Shown: one piece after another, positions 7,165 through 9,859 of the stretch
How positions within the stretch are numbered: position 1 is the stretch's first letter
How the letters are laid out: each line of letters opens with the position of its first letter
Assembly (NCBI GenBank): GCA_005191425.1
Contig: SUPR01000114.1
Span: forward strand, 1 to 9,859
DNA from: Candidatus Helarchaeota ASGARD archaeon Hel_GB_B
Lineage (GTDB): Archaea; Asgardarchaeota; Lokiarchaeia; Helarchaeales; HEL-GB-B
Direction of reading: 5' to 3'
Length of the DNA stretch: 9,859 nt
The notes under the pieces: generated by a model
Told to the model about the DNA's origin: nothing
Databases searched by the model: none
Seen by the model: only the letters and a program-made list of their open reading frames with translations
Program-made: the position numbers and the translations under genes

Positions 7165-8415
7165 GTGGACATAACAATGTTCAGAAATGATTTAAAAATT
7201 CAAGAAATAATAAAAAAAGAATATAACGACCAAGAATTTATTAATTTGATAAAAAAAACAATAAAGGATACAACTGAACATAATTCTTTTTATAATGATA
7301 TAACAAAAAAATTAGAATTCAAAATCGATAATCTTAATAAAATAGATGACCTATTTGATATCCCTTTTATCCCCACGAATTATTTTAAAGAAAGTGCACG
7401 CTTATTTAAAAAATTACTAAAAGTCCCTGAAAGCTCTTTAATTCATTGGAATGTATCATCATGCACGAGTGGAGACCCTTCTTTAGTGGGAGTAAATAAA
7501 AATGATGATGAATTTCTAATTCAAATGAGTGAAAAATTATATTTAGATTTTATCCCTCGAGATTGGGAACGAGCCAAGATATATTGCTTTTCACCAAGTG
7601 CAAAAATGCTGAATAGAATTGTAATGAGATATACTAAAGTAAGGCCCATTCATGCATATACTAGTAATTTTTATTATGTCACTAAAAAGATGGCTAAATT
7701 AGAATATTTGATTAAATTTTCGATCTTGAAGGCATTAAAATCAATAATTGTAACGCGTAGTCTCGTAGGTGCTTTCGATGTTAATTCTAATTTAGTATTA
7801 AAAACAATTGAAAAAAACATTAAGAAACCTAAAGACAAACAAATTTATATAGCATTGGGTGGAGGAGTTCAACTCATTAAAAAATTTATTGATTTAATGA
7901 AAGAACGAAAAATTTCATATAATTTAGGCGATCAATTTGATGTAGTTAGCGGTGGTGGAGGATGGGGTGGACATAAAGCACAAATGAAAACGGAGCCTGT
8001 TAATAAAGAGGAATATGTTTCAGGTCTTGTTGAATTGTTTGGGACTGATTCTAAACAAATAATCGATATTTATGGGTTTACTGAAACGCCAATAATTTTC
8101 ATGGGCCATTGGTCAAAAAAATATAATGATTTTATAATGCATTGCCCACCATTTGCAAGAATTTTAGTACGGGACCCAGATAAATTAGAACCGCTAAAGA
8201 AAAAAGGAGATAGGGGGTTATTAGAAGTTATTACGCCATTTGGTGCAGAAGCCTCTGTAAATCATGCAATTTTAGTTGATGATTCAGTTGAATTAATTTC
8301 GATGGACAAATGCCCAGAATGTGGATATAAGGGTACAACATTTAGAATTCTTGGCAGAGTCGTAGATAAGGAAGGTATTGGATGTTCCTCAATAATTACA
8401 TGGTTAAACGGTTGA
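7165..8415 (+). CDS. luxE: LuxE-like acyl-protein synthetase (ANL adenylating superfamily); probable start ATG 7177
   Basis: IPFIPTNYFK, P-loop-like SSCTSGDPS, DIYGFTE, GLLEVITP...HAILVDD, CPECG and FRILGR are present. The C-terminal GCS (Cys codon 8383-8385) corresponds to the LuxE acylation site. GGGTGG RBS-like motif at 7163-7168. Confidence 0.87.
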   Translation: MDITMFRNDLKIQEIIKKEYNDQEFINLIKKTIKDTTEHNSFYNDITKKLEFKIDNLNKIDDLFDIPFIPTNYFKESARLFKKLLKVPESSLIHWNVSSCTSGDPSLVGVNKNDDEFLIQMSEKLYLDFIPRDWERAKIYCFSPSAKMLNRIVMRYTKVRPIHAYTSNFYYVTKKMAKLEYLIKFSILKALKSIIVTRSLVGAFDVNSNLVLKTIEKNIKKPKDKQIYIALGGGVQLIKKFIDLMKERKISYNLGDQFDVVSGGGGWGGHKAQMKTEPVNKEEYVSGLVELFGTDSKQIIDIYGFTETPIIFMGHWSKKYNDFIMHCPPFARILVRDPDKLEPLKKKGDRGLLEVITPFGAEASVNHAILVDDSVELISMDKCPECGYKGTTFRILGRVVDKEGIGCSSIITWLNG

Positions 8416-8549
8416 AATTAACTTTTTACACTCATTTAATTTCTTTTTAATTTTATCTTTTAACTATTTTTCAAAAAATACAGTCAAATTTCACTATTTA
8501 GATATAATTATCACTGATTATGAAAAACTATTTAATAATTCAAGGGTTT

Positions 8550-8584
8550 ATTCATTTTCCTATGCTAATAATAGGAAAATAAAT
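8550..8584. other. Hairpin just downstream of the tnpB remnant (IS right-end/omegaRNA element, or a terminator)
   Basis: ATTTTCCTAT (8554-8563) and ATAGGAAAAT (8571-8580) form a perfect 10-bp stem with a 7-nt loop. It extends by 3 more pairs after one mismatch. Confidence 0.6.
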
Positions 8585-8591
8585 TTTATAT

Positions 8592-9018
8592 CTATTCTAT
8601 AAGAACAGATACTGGCGTGACCCCAAACGCCTCTATCCCGTCCACCTTATCAAAAGTTTTCGGGACTACTTTTTCTATTATGTTGTAAGATGCGTCCACA
8701 CTTGCATTTATTAACCTCCCATTGGTTGTCCAGTATATTTTGCTCCATTGTATAGATTTTTTTCTATATGACAAAGGTATGATAGACGTTATTTTGATAT
8801 TTATTTATTTGATATTTTAAGGATGGAAGGTTCTGTTTGCAGCATTATCTCACATTTATACTTAGTTTTGGGGCTACCAATGCCCCATCTCGGCGCCATA
8901 GTTTTCCGATTCTCCCTCTAATAAGTGCCTTATGGTGTCACTTTATAGATTAAATGGAGAACAACAGTCCACCTTTTTTCCTGTGCAGTTTTATTCTATT
9001 TTGCTTAGCTTTTTACAT
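8592..9018 (-). pseudogene. tnpB: Decayed IS200/IS605-family tnpB (C-terminal half)
   Basis: Track ORF 8592..8774 reads YWTTNGRLINASVDASYNIIEKVVPKTFDKVDGIEAFGVTPVSV, matching the tail of one TnpB subfamily (..G.LINADVNGAYNI..K..P.AF..GIEG..V.PV). An upstream frame interrupted by stops gives NRIKLHRKK...HKA...IGKL...SINVR*CCKQNL, a weaker match to the HKAS...IG...IN.G...QNF segment. Confidence 0.75.
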
Positions 9019-9149
9019 CACCTCTTTATATTAATCTAAATCTAAACTTTTTTGCGTAAAACAAATCTATTATACATATAATACCTATCATGCGTATAAC
9101 CTATTAAAAGGTAATATAATCTATGTTTTTAAGGATATATATAGTTTTC

Positions 9150-9350
9150 GGTGAAAAGTAGGTGGCTTTTTTAGTCTATGGACTACATTAGCTGACTAAC
9201 TTTTTAAATATTTTCTGTTTTCTATTTTATGAGGGACAAGTCAAGTTCAATAAAATTATATAAATAAATGTATAGTAGCGAAACATTTTTAAAGGTAAAA
9301 AAAAGCGGTTTCTGACCAAAGATCTTTAATTTAAAGCCACTTTTTTCACC
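9150..9350. repeat. 201-bp segment bounded by bipartite inverted repeats (MITE-like or invertible element)
   Basis: The left arm GGTGAAAA-gtag-GTGGCTTT (9150-9169) is the reverse complement of the right arm AAAGCCAC-tt-TTTTCACC (9333-9350), in two perfect 8-bp blocks. Confidence 0.55.
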
Positions 9351-9594
9351 ATGATTTTTCGCACTCATTGCATTTTATAGACATTTTTACATAAATGGGA
9401 TATAAGATGAGTATAGACCAAGTTGAACTATTTAATAAATATTATAGGTATATAAATTTATATAAGGCAGAGTTATAAAATTTCTAGATAAATAGGATAT
9501 TAAAAAATGATTGATAATCTTAAATTTAAAATAATAACGAACGTAATTATCTATAAATTAAAAAGAGCATTTAAAAACACCACGATAAAATAGA

Positions 9595-9703
9595 AAAATG
9601 TGCAATAATAGTTAAATCTGGGGAGAAAATGCGCATTTTAAGTTAATAAAAATTAAAATGTCCAAATAAGAATATGGAGATAAAATAAAAAAATGAGCAG
9701 AAA
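9595..9703. promoter_or_regulatory. Four AAAATGN(G/C)CA motifs, including a perfect 14-bp palindrome
   Basis: Copies start at 9595, 9626, 9655 and 9690. The 9626-9639 copy, AAAATGCGCATTTT, is self-complementary. Confidence 0.4.
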
Positions 9704-9859
9704 TTCTAATTCCATAGGACTATTTTAATAAGATTTTATGTATATTAATACCTGTATCATACATACTTAATCTTTATGAGGACTTAAATACTGAGTTTTG
9801 CCCAAGACATATTATTATGATATATGTTATGAAGGATTTTTTGTGAGTTCCTATGCTTC

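Noticed and set aside
7165-8415. Bioluminescence (lux operon) interpretation
   Set aside because: No luxA/B/C/D/G in the window, and LuxE homologs are widespread outside luminous organisms.
9730-9774. Imperfect hairpin AAGATT..TATGTAT / ATACATA..AATCTT
   Set aside because: AT-only stem with an internal loop and a long loop. Weak stability and no associated gene is visible.
1-9859. CRISPR array, tRNA or rRNA
   Set aside because: No regularly spaced 25-45 bp repeats, no cloverleaf, and no extended GC-rich conserved RNA motifs seen.

Overview
AT-rich window (roughly 25-30% GC by eye, not computed) with archaeal BRE/TATA-like promoters and GTGA/GAGGTGA ribosome-binding motifs. The gene content points to an Asgard archaeon, most likely Lokiarchaeia-like; this is inference, not a database result. 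From left to right: (i) a cluster of small hypothetical genes at 1-1990, in which two divergent neighbours both seem to need a +1 frameshift and a third has a zinc-finger motif missing one Cys; (ii) a tandem pair of V4R/TRAPP-Bet3-like genes converging on a roadblock/longin-like + winged-helix gene; (iii) an acyl-activation neighbourhood with an ADP-forming acyl-CoA synthetase alpha subunit, a small ferredoxin-like-fold protein, a 16-Cys DUF3795 protein and an orphan LuxE-like acyl-protein synthetase; (iv) about 1.4 kb with no intact gene, holding a decayed IS200/IS605 tnpB whose 3' end keeps hairpins where an omegaRNA/right end would lie, a 201-bp segment bounded by inverted repeats, and a phased motif array around a perfect 14-bp palindrome. 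No rRNA, tRNA or CRISPR array was seen.
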